Shown here piece by piece: positions 52,044 to 64,000 of a DNA stretch of 64,000 nt (the first letter of the stretch is position 1; each line of letters starts with the position of its first letter). Under the pieces are notes generated by a model, which ran no database searches, had not been told where the DNA came from, and was given only the letters and a program-made list of their open reading frames with translations. The stretch lies in NCBI GenBank assembly GCA_050084515.1, contig CM114271.1, forward strand, positions 28,272,001 through 28,336,000. The letters run 5' to 3'. A program made the position numbers and the translations under genes. Source of the stretch: Blasia pusilla (Eukaryota).

Positions 52044-52312
52044 TGGCTGCTATGCAACCCCCTCACAAGATGGTACACCCTTAGCTACACCATCATCTGA
52101 GCAAATAACTCCTCCACGAGCATGAGCAACCAACTCCACATGCCCAGCCATTACATCCCATTTACTCCAAGGATGCAAAATACTACTCTCCTCGCCCCCA
52201 GCCGATGCCTCTACCGTCCCGGTAACCATCGAGCTCATTACAAGGGGTGGAAGACCCACAGACATAGTCCGAAGTCGACGCTGCTCGGCCATACCAAGAC
52301 TCAAAATCCAAG

Positions 52313-53250
52313 TCAAAAATTCAGGTCCATGGCCTGACCCAACACATGACGTCGTGAAGCCTCGTAAATAGAAGCAACTTTGTCACACCAAAGAGCAAAT
52401 CCCATCGCACGCTCTCTCTCATCAGCGTTAGGCTCCACCAAGTGTCGCACATGAGAATCCCATACAAGCCCCAGACCACCTTCTCTGTAAGCATGTGACG
52501 AGGGAAAACTCACAAATGTGGGTAGTGCCATCCTAGGCTGGCCCACACAGTTCACCACTGCCATGGGTGACCGATCAATAACCCTCACCACCTGAGAAAG
52601 TCGCCCAATATCCAAGATACTATCCACGGTAGGGCAAGGATCCCGCTGCACTGCATCATATGCTCGACGTAGAGCCTCCCTGGGCAACAAGTTTGTCCAC
52701 CACAAGCATGGAAGATGTGCACGCGAGCCAACTCGCGCTGCATCCAACAACACCGTTGGTCCAATCCAAGACCGCACCTCATGAACACTCGCCATCATCC
52801 GGGTCCGAGTGTCATCCAACAATGGAACATTCTCCAGAATGTAAGCTAGAGCACGTGCCTGATGAACCTGAAGATGTCGTAACACCCGTAACATCTCCCA
52901 AAACAATCGAGACCTAGGGTCATGTAATCCCTCATCACGACCAGCACGTGTATGACCCTGACATGGCCATCCAGCAATCACCAAATCCACAGGACCAACC
53001 CTCTCAAGATCCTGCGCCCCCAACAATGCAATGTGTGATGGTAAAGCACGCTGGTATCCACGAATAGCTGATGGCGGCAACAACTCAAGATATCTCTGCA
53101 TCAATTGACCAATATGTTGGGATGAGACTCTCTGGGCCGTCTCATCTCGCTCCACATACACGTATCTCCTTGCAGACAGAATACCGGCCGCAACATGCTG
53201 CTAGCCTAAACCAGTGCTAATCCCACTAAAGAGATCTAACACACAAATGC
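52313..53250 (-). pseudogene. C5 cytosine DNA methyltransferase domain (E4)
   Basis: VLDLFSGISTG, YVERD, DLVIAGWPCQG, YILENVP, RAHLPCLWWTN, ERERAMGF, RRHVLGQAMD. Confidence 0.9.
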
Positions 53251-54708
53251 CCTCCGCGGATATGCCATACAATGGGTGTAGTATCCAAAGGGATAACCTA
53301 ATCTGGACTGAAGTAGGAGTCCGCCGTGGGGCCTCCTCTTCCTCGTGAGGTATAACAACCTCACACCAAGCCTCTGCACTAGGCGTCGCCTCGCCGTAGT
53401 GCACCGCTGAACTCCAAAGTGGCACATCCAACGATGATGATGCCACTTCTGCAAGAATAGGGACCTCCTCTACCTCCTCATGCCCAGGAGAATCCATAGC
53501 AGAAACATTACCCTCCAAAAAGTCTCCTGGCCAAGTGACTACTCCACTAAAACCAGCCACAGATGCTAACACTTTGTTGGGGAAGACCCTCTGGTCGAGC
53601 CCCGAGGAAATAAATCTCATAGGAACTTGGCTCATACGTCCATCCCGGACTACCAACCAGGTCTATAAGACGCTATCTCGACCCAAGTAATCCATTGAAA
53701 ACCCATCGGGTACAATCGCTCCTCCAACTAGTACATCATACGACTCGGCTTATGTGACTACAGAGATACTCCTAATCGGGAGCTATCGTCGCATGATCTG
53801 GTGTCAATCATCACAGAAAACTTCTCCTGTGTCATGAATTGAGATCTATCATTGGCTCCTCCAAGTGATGTTTGAATCAGGAATGGGCAAGGCTCAAGCT
53901 CTGACCTCCGAATACCCAAACCAATACATGCCGCCTTTCCCAACATCAAGGTTGGGCACCGAGTCTAACAAGACTCTATCGGTCTATACACTGTCTGTAG
54001 GACTCACCAATCGGAATATCCCACTCCGGTTGTCCAACATACATACACCAGGTGTAAGTCTCTCACGATCAATGGTGGCCGGGCCGGTAATGCATCCATC
54101 TTCGCCGCCGCTCGCTAAGTAGCATGGTAGTCAATGCTACACCTGACATAGAGGGTCGCTCCACTGCAACACCCTCATCCACCTCAACACGTGTAGCAAT
54201 AACACCCCCACGTTCATACAACGTGGCTGCAAGGTGAAATACAGGAGCTAAGTCAACTCCTAAAGCCATCAGCTCCGTGGCGAAAACAATGGGGATCCTA
54301 ACACTTTGAAGTTGCCATCCGCACATCTTGATCGATGTTGCATCCGTATGCGCTACACGCGATGTAGATGCCTCAGTCTCCACTGTCGGCTCAATAGGCT
54401 GTGTAGGACCCATGGATGGAGTCCTAAGCATCTCAGACAACAAGAATGACTGGGGAAGCCTAGCCTGCCTCCCAGCCTCACCCCTCTGTGGGTCTAACTC
54501 CACAGTAGCACCACGTGGCTCGACGCTCGAGTGGATCCTCTCAGAATCGCGGTGATGCCTCAACCTGTGTTGCACTCGCCATATAAGAGAGATCATCCCC
54601 TCCATAAGAGGTGGAAGCCCCTGCTCCCGAACCTAATCTATGCTAGATACCACCATAGTAGCCAACTGCTCCAATCTGCTCAATCTCGGCGACCATAGTC
54701 GCCCTCTG

Positions 54709-56085
54709 TCAGAGTGGTAGGGGTAGCCACCGTAGGCTCTCCAACCACTCGGGTCCACCTCTACCACCTCTATCACCTCGGCCTCTCGGAGCTACTCCAC
54801 CACGGCCGCGGCCTGATCTCAACTTTGGATGAAGATCAAAGCAATGCTCTCGAGGATGACCTGGTCTCCCGCAAAGATCACACTGAGTTGGGACCGACTG
54901 AGGCCCATCCTCCAAAGTCCGTCTCCCATCCTTTTGGGGATAAAACTTCCTAACATGATCACCTCCACATATCGAACATGATTGTCCTTGCTGCGGGGCA
55001 GCAAATGAAGGCAATGGTCTCTACGCAAATGTCCCTCTAGGACCTGACTGAGGTCGTGTGTACTCCCCACGACTCCCACTACTACTACCACCACCACTAC
55101 TATAAGACCGTGAGGTGGATTGCTGAACACGAGAGGTAGTAGTTGTATCCCTACTGAATGCGGATGTCACCACTCTCTCCTTCACCATGTTAAGCTCAAT
55201 CTTCTCAGATAGAGCAAACACATGGGTCAATGTGGGTGAATCACCACTCATAAGAGTAGCATCACGTACCCTACGGCGTAAATCGTTGTCCAAGATCCCA
55301 TACCAAAACTGGACTGCCTGATCCTCAATCACACCCTGGGTAACTGAAATCATGCGTCGCATACGAATGTATGCCTCACGAAAACTCTCACCAGTCTTTC
55401 GCTCAAATTCTTGAAGATTCTTCAACTTCTCCGTCTTCACTCCGTGATAATTCTTCTTCAACCTCTTGAAGAACTCTGCAACCGGGCTGAACGATGGTGG
55501 GGCACTAGTACCTCCACTAGTACCCCCACTAGTACCCCCACTCCGGCTCGTACTCGTACCACTCAACGTCGGGCTGGCTGGCATAGTAGGAGCACTACTA
55601 CCAATACCACCATGGGTAATAGACACATAGCCTGAAGACCAATATTGTCTCCATGCCTCAATCTCAACAACATGGTCCTTCCTAAACTCATGGTAATCAT
55701 CCATGGGTGGTCCTTCCAAGTGCTCAAACAACCCCTTCCAAGCCAAGAAGGGTGTAAACAACGTGGCGTTCCGCAACACCTGCATATCACACCACGTATC
55801 AAACTCCTGCATGAAGTCCTCCAACTCAATGGTGCCCACTGCACCCGAGTATCGTCGTGGGCCCTTCATGGCCCCATATCCACTGTCCATGTCCCAAATC
55901 AATGGAGCTGCAACACTCGATAACAACGTAGAAGACTCGGTGTTTGGAACACCCTCGTCCTCCTCTTCATCAACCGTCGGAAGTGGAAAAGGTAGCCGAC
56001 ACCTAAATCCACTCCGTGTGAAATCACCACTGTCCGCACCACGGTCCCCAACTAGACCACCCGACAGCTCCGTGATGACCAACAC
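54709..56085 (-). pseudogene. Gag with zinc knuckles (E4)
   Basis: PRRYSGAVGTIELEDF, FERKTGESFREAY, CDLCGRPGHPREHC. Confidence 0.8.
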
Positions 56086-58739
56086 CGATGCCGCACCACC
56101 ACCAAATTACCACCACCAAATAGCCAAGTGACGTCGATGTCGCTTTACTATTCTAGCTCTACGAGCTATGGGTGTAGGCAACCTAACCTGTCATCACCAC
56201 AAGAAGCCTCCCACTGTCTACTGGTCATCACTCCAGCCTCACTATCGGTAGCACACAGGAGTAACACTACTCTGGAAATCAACGTCAACCCTAACAATGG
56301 GCGCGCAAGCAAGAAGTACCAATGGAGGGGATCCAAACACAGGAAGTCCAACGACAACCCTCTAATCGCAAATGGAAATCAAGGTAACACAATCCACCAA
56401 ACTTGGTGCCCCCTGACTCCACAAAATCCACCACACAATTCTAACGCAATAGCTACTCCGCCGCGGGTCGATGACGTGCTAGTCGAACTCGCAGCACCTG
56501 AAAATATCACCTGCATGGAGAGGCTACACCGTACTATGTGCTAGAGGTACATCAACCAAAAACTGAGATGCATAAAGCGCCTAACACCTCTCCGAACAGC
56601 ACCAAATGAGCTACAACAGTGTGTACATTGGCATAGTTAAGAACTCAGCAGTTAAGCTTCCTCCAGGCAGAATAGCCCAAAGATGGGAGACCAGTTATGC
56701 AACACTCAAATCCCAAATCCTGCAAAAATTGCCTCACGCCCAAGCAAGCTTTCTTGCTTGCTTGCTCCTTGCTCCTTACTCCGCCTCTCATGCCCACTCG
56801 CCCCGAGCTACCACGAGTTGCCTCGAAGCCTCACATGCTCAAGACATGCCCCGTTCGCCACGCTTCGCCATGCTTTGCTATGGAGAGAGGCCCAACTAGG
56901 GCGCCCCCAATGGGATAGGCGTCTCCAACAATGAACGAGTCACCAACCAACCAGACCCTCCGATCCGCTATCCACCATAGCCAGACCTTGAGCTAGTCGG
57001 CAAAATTTCGATCAGCAATTACTTCACAAATCCGTGACTGAAATCAAATCTGTTTCAACCAGAATTAAATTGACCACCATAGCTATCTCTCCACAAAAAA
57101 TCAGCTACAATTGAGCTTTGTACTCCGAGCTAAAAATCAGACAAACTTGCTGTCCATACACCTCCAGAATCGCAAATCCGACAGCGCTTCTGCCAAGTTT
57201 CATGCACGCAGAAATCCGCAACGCTCCACACACTCGAGCAAATAGCTTCACATGAGATCACAATATAAGTAGCAATAAGAACCTCTCACTCGATCTGGAT
57301 GAACTTCAATAGAGCTTCCGCACTCCAAGCTCTCCACATCAGAAAACCGTCGAACACAAACCAAAATCTTCAATCCTTGATAACTTCCAACTCCCTTGAC
57401 GAAATCCGGCGATCTAAAGTGCATTGGAAAGCTCTCAGGAAGGCGCTTCTTTCCCAACCAACCACGCACCAGATTCACACCTCCAACATAGGCCACAAGC
57501 CACAAACATCCACGGTTGAGTACACAATCAGCCCTAACCAGATCCTACTGATCTACAATCGAAGCTACCATCGATCTACTCCAGTTCTTTGAGTGAAATC
57601 CGTGAAAGACCTACTGTCATAAAACACGTATACAATCACATACAATTGAGCCAAACCCACTCCACGATGGGAGAATCTAGGTCGAAGCTTGCGGGAAACA
57701 CCATAGCCAAGAGCTCTACTCACTACCAAGGCTAACTCCCAACGCAAGAGGCTCAACTCAAAGAACTGACTGTTCTTTGAGTGCACTCCACCTTATATCC
57801 TCCAACCTAAGAGCGGGCCCTACTGGGAAAGTCACCCCCAACTGAGTAACCCCCAACCCAATGTATGAAACCGCATCTCTACCAAGCCACTACGGTCCTA
57901 CATAAGGAATGGCCTCTACTAGCACACTATACTCTACGACATAATCCGTATGGTCATGACATCCTCTAGAGGCTGAAGCTCTTTACTTGACCATCACTTA
58001 CATCACAAGGATGAGATCTCTTGTTGTTTCTTGCCTCCCTCATCAAGCTTTGCGAGCCACACGTTCCATAGGGTGGATGGCGGATGTGGTGACTTGGTCT
58101 TCAAAGTGGAATGTGGCGGAACGCGATTGGGAGTTGAAACCGATGGCACTCCGCGAGCATCTACAGTTGCAATTTCTCAATATTATTTGGAGCATCCCGG
58201 GCACCAAAATGGAGTTTTATCAACTTCATGTTAATCATATGCTTGTATATTTTGAACAAGGATACCTACTTGCGGGGATCTCCACGTTCTTACATCATAT
58301 TATCGCACGACATAGAATAGGGTCTCATAGGCTAGGAATTGAGAAAGGTTGATGGTTTCATATTGAAAGAAGTGAATGAATTTGTAGGTTATGTGATGGA
58401 GAAAATATTGAGGATGAAGAACATGTGTTTGTTACATGTCCAAGGTATGAAGAGATTAGACTAGCTCATAAAATAGATGTGGAGAATTTCTATTCTTTAC
58501 TATAGCTAGTGCCTTATGATTTAGGTTATTATATTAGGGACGTCATTATTCATCGCTCAAGTGCTCTATGCAGTAGCTAGGAGAAGGTCTTTAGGATCTG
58601 TTTTCGGGTCAGTGAATGAATGACTTGTAATGTGTTTTTCAGCCTTTTGACCCTTTGGGTTCCACGGGCTTGATCTATTTACCATTTACCATTTTACAAT
58701 GAAAAAGTTTGCAAGGATAAAATAAATAAAGACTATGAT

Positions 58740-59410
58740 AAGATTGCGAAGTCAAGATCCTTCTTAGAAAGTTTGAATGCTAGGTTCAAGGATTTGGTAG
58801 AGATGTCCTATCTCTTGACATTGGATGACATGAAAATTCATTAGGGGGCAAGGGATGCATGGTGCTATATAGTTTGATATAACCTAGCTTCAAGAAGAAG
58901 GCAGATATGAGAACAGGAGCCTCATAGCAACAAAACTATGTGGAACAATAACACCAAGGACAGTACCAAGAACAACAATATTCACAAACTGAGCATCTCT
59001 TGGTAATGACTCATCATATGGGAGCAATGGTCAAGAAAGACTTGACAACAAATTGATATATTGACTCAGTTGCATCAAATCATATGACCTCACAAGCTAA
59101 ATGGTTCAATAGCATGCAGCCGGTGAAAGATCTTGCAATTGTGCTCACAGGAGATGACACTTAGCATCATATCACGCATATCGGTAAAGTTCCAATAGCA
59201 TTAGATGATTTTTGTGCTCTTGGAAATATTCTCTATCTTCCTACCATTGCAAGAAACTTGATCTTTGTAGGACAAAGAGTAGAACATGGTTATCAAGTGA
59301 ATTTTAACATATATGGTTGTTTCATTGAAATAATGGATAATCAGCTATGATAGCCAAATGAATTAGATCTGTCAGAATATTCAAATGAGATGTTTCTATG
59401 GTAGAGATTC
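58740..59410 (+). pseudogene. Highly decayed Ty1/Copia gag-pol fragment
   Basis: Remnants HITHIGKV, NILYLPTIARNLIFVGQ, GYQVNF, typical of the Copia protease region. Confidence 0.55.
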
Positions 59411-62400
59411 TGTCGTGCGCATACACATCGCTACACAACATACATCGTTGTCACCAAACACACACACAAACACGCACGATCCCATGCTAACGCATGGCAT
59501 CCAAACAACGAGATAAGAAGTACCAAAATATCTCTAATAAATCAAGATCCAATCCCTCTCACAACACCATAGTTCTCACATGTGTACACTCTCATATATC
59601 TCTCTCAATGTCAAACCAAACCCACTCTCCTAATGAGAGATTTGGGTTACACTTACAAGGCAAGGGACCATAGCTTCGTCGCCTTGTGCCAAGAGGTTCA
59701 ACAAAGAGAGAATGAGCTCTCAAGCTTTCTCTCCTTGAGGTATTCCCCTCCCCTCTCCTAAGCTCTCTCCATGGTACCACCTATGCTCCCAAGTCACCTC
59801 CTTGGCTTTTGACTTGATATATGAGGGGAAGGGCCACTCACCATAAATATAAAGTCGACCATATACTCAAAATGATACTTAACTAAAATAGTAAGTTCCT
59901 CAATATGGCTTCAAATGAGCCGAAAGGATGGGAAAACCTGTTCTCTCAGGTTTTCCGGGGCCTCAACAGGTCATCCTCGACCTGTTGAGCCTCTCCTCCA
60001 CTACTCGCAAAGGCGCTCTACTAGATCTCACCGATCTATCCAACAAATATAACAGTTGTCGTGCGCATACACATCGCTACATAACATACATTGTTATCAC
60101 CGAACACACAGATAAACACGCACGATCCCATGCTAACGCATAATATCCAAACAACGAGATAAGAAGTACCAAAATATCTCGTATCGCGCCTAGTTGGTGG
60201 TTAGATCCCTCTAACTCCAGATAGCCATCTATCCCTACTTACCATGACATACATCTCTCGGACGCTAAGAGCAAGAAGGTTGGATGCTCATGTGGACCTT
60301 TCGTTAGTTGTCTTCTTATCATCCATGTTAGAGAGACTAGTCAGAATGTAGAACTACCTACGTTATCAACATCTGAGACACATCCATCGTCCCTAAGGAA
60401 CCCTAATGAGAGGTGGCGTCAAACGTGCCACATGCCATCCTCTCGAACATCCATCACATACTAGCATAGTGGCTGTATCGCGGGCAGAACCACATAACAT
60501 ACATCACAAGCCTGCACGAACTAGTGCTAAGCTTGAGTCAACTATACTGTCAATGTTCAGAAGGTGACACGACGCACATTTACGCACATGGTCCTTCCAA
60601 ACCAGACCATCGCATCCCTCCAATAAGAGAATATCTGATGGCAAAACCTTACGCACTCTTAAGATGGTGCGCCTACAGTCACATCCAACGTCGTGGGTGC
60701 CGTCTACTGCAAGTAGACATAGTCTCCTTGATGAAACCTCCGGATAGTAGGTCGATAACCACCTTCCCGTATAGTCGCATACCTCAATGTATCCCGATGC
60801 TGCACAATCGCCAAGTTCTCAAACGCCACGAGCATCACTCTCCGAGAAAATATTCAGCCCTTTGAGAACATGCTCGCATCCATACATCAGGGTCATCATG
60901 GTTCAACACCTCACCAACATCTCGACGAATGGCCGGAGGTAAATCTTGCTCATGACCATAAAGTAGCAAGTACGGTGAGAAAGATGCTAAGGATGCATGC
61001 CTACTGAATTTGTATCCCATCGTCAACCATGGCAACTGAAGGTCCCAATCTCCTTGGTAACCTCTTTGCAAGGCATACTTGCGTAATCCTTTCTTCACCA
61101 TGTGCAAAACCCTTTCCGCTAGTCCATCCGCCTCAGGATGATCTCGCGTAGTGGTGCGATGGTCGATCAGTGCCTGATCACATAAGGCATGAAACTCCCC
61201 GCAAAACTTTGTACCCTGGTCTGTTAACACCTCAGCCGGTGGGCCGTAATGACTCAACACTCAATCCAGGAAGGCATATGCTACTCCCTCACTCACTTTG
61301 TCACGCAATGCAACCAATATCCACTTCGAGAAGTGCTTGTCCATCATTTTTGCGACCCTCATAACCAAACAACACCAAAAAGGCGCCAAGCGGAACATCA
61401 GAACTCAAGTGGACTCACGTTGCAATGTTCGTGCTTTGGAGAGGCGTTTGGAAAGGTCTCTTGGAAAAGTCCAAGAGACAAAACGCGGAACAAAGTTGTG
61501 TGTTTCATGCGTTAGTGGTCTCGACCAGGAAACCTAGACCAAATGCAATCCAAGACTTGAGATGAGTTGAGTCTTGGAAGGTTGGTTGCCAAAGAGGTGA
61601 GAACCAGTTTTGGAACACGACTAGCGTTTGGGGAATTTGACTGTGTTTTGGACTATAACATTTAGCCCCAAGATGCATTATAGAGAAGTAAATACGCGTT
61701 GGAAAGCTTATCTTAAGATGCTTCCAACGCACCAAAGATCTTAGCAAACGCATAATTACAGACTGAGATATTGGTCGAAAACAACTGTGAGAGCAATCGG
61801 ATTGAGGTCCAATTGGAGAGGCTCGAGTGTCTTTCCCTAAATTTAGGGAACCTTGGAGATCCCCAGAAGTACTAGTAAAGGAGGAGTCTCTCCAAGATAT
61901 CTTGGAACACGAATCCCCACTCTGAGCACCAAACGGTGTCTTAGAGGCACGGGATGGAACGGGAGTTTGGCGTTGGAACTCGAAACCCAAACTTGATCCA
62001 AGGGAGTAGACTTTGTACGCCACACTTGGATTCCAACCCGAGATTCACTTCGTGTGAGTCTCGGTTAGGGCCTCATGGATGTCCATTGGACAGTTGGAAC
62101 CGCCACGCGCAAAACGTTGTTTGAGGGTCTTGAACCGATTAGAAAGTCTGTCCCAAGTCTTTTGAGACTTGCCCGTGTTGTAAACCGCGAAACAAGGAAG
62201 GTTGAGCTTGATGAGAGACCAAGACAAGAACTCAGAAAGTAAGTCCGCTGCTTGATCCAAGAACCGACTGAACAAAGTGTGTGTTTGGATGCAGATCAAC
62301 GTTGAGAGCGTGACGAACTGAACGTACACTTCTGCAAAAACAAGATTAACGGTCAATGAGAGTAGGCGCACGATAATCACCAACACTTAACGACTATGGC

Positions 62401-64000
62401 ACTCCATCAAAGGCAAAGGTACTACAAAATTAAAACTCCATCTATAACCTAAACCCATTATCGAAAGTGGATGCAACTGTGGAGTTGGAGCATTAAACGA
62501 TGCTCGGACTCAATCACACACCATGCATCTGGCAACAAACTGATGAACATCAGTCTGCATGTCTCGCCACCAATACTGAATCTAGAGCAAGATGTACGTC
62601 CACTTCACTCCAAAATGACCCAACTCCTCTTGGGCATGACGCATCAAACGTGCTCTCTGCGAAGGATGAGGCACTACACGCACTCTACCATCCTCCCACA
62701 CCCGCAATACATATGTCCCCTCCCATCGAAACCGTCCGGCTCATTGTAGGATCTGATACCGCTCTCTAGCACCCGCTGTGCTCACAACGCTGCGAGTACC
62801 CAAGTACTCCAAGACTACTTTGTCGTCGTGAACATCTCGGCCACTTATCGTCTCCTCACCGGCCTCTAGATCTAAGGATTCTCCATCAGACCTTGCCGTC
62901 GAAGTCTCCGCAATCTAGCTCTCCACAGCCAACAAGCCCAAATAGGCTGACGGATGCCATCATAGTACCAACTCCTCATCACTGTCACCATGCCAACGAG
63001 CTCCAATTGCATCTCGTTGACTATGGCATGGGTTATGGCTCAAACCGTTTGCATCTTGGTTCAGCATCCCTGGTCTATGCACCACTAGGAAGTCATACTC
63101 TTGCAACAAAAGAGCACCTTGCAAGCTTCCCTGTAAGCTTGTCAGACTCCATCAACCACTTAAGTGGCTGATGATCAATAATGATGGTAAGGGGATTTCC
63201 GCATAGATAACATCTGATATGTGCGACAGCCCACACTGCAACCAAGCACTCACCCTAATACGAGCTATACTTCGCCTCTATAGCGTTGTTCAAGCGACTC
63301 GTGAGCCACCACAAACTCTCTACCATCATCGGCATACTAGGTAAGCACGGCTTCAAGCCCCAACATGCTCCAATCGGTATGAAAGTGGAAAGGACGTCCC
63401 CTGAACGGTCTCTTCAATATGGGTGCGGACGTCAATCTGTCCTTGAGCATCTGAAATGCTCATCCCCCTAGTGCCACTCCTGATCCACCTTGGTCAACAA
63501 GGTCAGTGGCTTTGCAATCGAGCTGAAACCCTTGATGTACTGTCGATAGAAGTTCACCAATCTCATGAATGCACAAACTCGACTCACATCTGTAGGGCAT
63601 GGAATGTGTGAAATAGCCTCTACCTTCGTTTGTTGCACACCAAGGCCACATGGGTATATCGTATGACCAAAGTACTCAATCTGGTCGTAAAAGAACTTGC
63701 ACTTGCCTAGATGTAGCTTCAACCCATGTAATTGCAATTGTCAAAATATCTCCTCTAGGTGTCGCTCATGCTCCTCAACCATGGCGCTAAAGACTACAAT
63801 GTCATCAATATAACACCTAGAAAAATCTAGACCTGCCAAGATCCTACCAATGACCCTATGAAACTCAGCCGGGGCGTTATTTAACCCAAATGGTAAGAAC
63901 CTCCACTGGTACAAACAATCCTTCTCGTGAGGATCGATGCCCCAAAATGCCGTCTTCTGCCTCTCCTCCAATCTGATAGGCAGCTGATGGAATCCGACTC
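59411..64000 (-). mobile_element. Element E5: 3' part of a methyltransferase-Gypsy family copy (RT-RH-IN-PHD-B-A-B), running off the right edge
   Basis: B2 59411-59537, A2 59538-60054, B1 60057-60183, PHD about 60365-60510, integrase, RNase H and RT CYIDD; high similarity to E1 and E3. Confidence 0.88.
61348..62375. repeat. About 1-kb insertion in the E5 integrase, probably a solo LTR of another family
   Basis: Host integrase resumes on both sides; flanks ATCAT/ATCAC; decayed ends TTTTGCGACC...GCGCACGATA. Confidence 0.6.

Larger units (their letters stand above)
48918..57961 (-). mobile_element. Element E4: second, diverged methyltransferase/PHD Gypsy family with both termini intact but no long terminal repeats
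   Basis: TGTCATGAC...CGCACGACA termini, perfect 4-bp TSD TCCT; gag 56085-54700, PR, DNMT, RT, RH, IN, PHD, PPT-like motif and a single B-like end. Confidence 0.9.
46070..58697 (+). mobile_element. Non-LTR retrotransposon (APE-RT LINE, possibly RTEX-like), split by E4
   Basis: ORF1 tail, endonuclease, RT, C-terminal CRLC...EDEEHVFVTC motif at about 58383-58440 and an (ATTTACC)n-like 3' tail at about 58677-58697; the reading frame GCLP|LEAEAL rejoins across E4. Confidence 0.85.

Overview
Eukaryotic, gene-free, heavily nested transposon DNA, probably from a non-seed land plant or streptophyte (inferred from the TE families present). It is dominated by decayed copies of an unusual Ty3/Gypsy-type retroelement whose pol reads protease - C5 cytosine methyltransferase (DNMT3/DRM-like motifs) - RT - RNase H - DDE integrase - PHD finger. 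The most striking feature is the terminal structure. There are no matching LTRs. Copies are built A-internal-B-A-B (split direct repeats), with an internal CA-nn-TG end-to-end junction, no visible tRNA primer-binding site and 4-bp target-site duplications. Solo A-B and LTR-less A-internal-B forms are also present. The window also holds an Athila-like element and solo LTR, a CACTA transposon, an APE-RT LINE split by a methyltransferase element, a Copia remnant, tandem repeats, a perfect 28-bp hairpin and a decayed ORF with a DPPY-like amino-methyltransferase motif. All calls come from reading the sequence; no searches were run.
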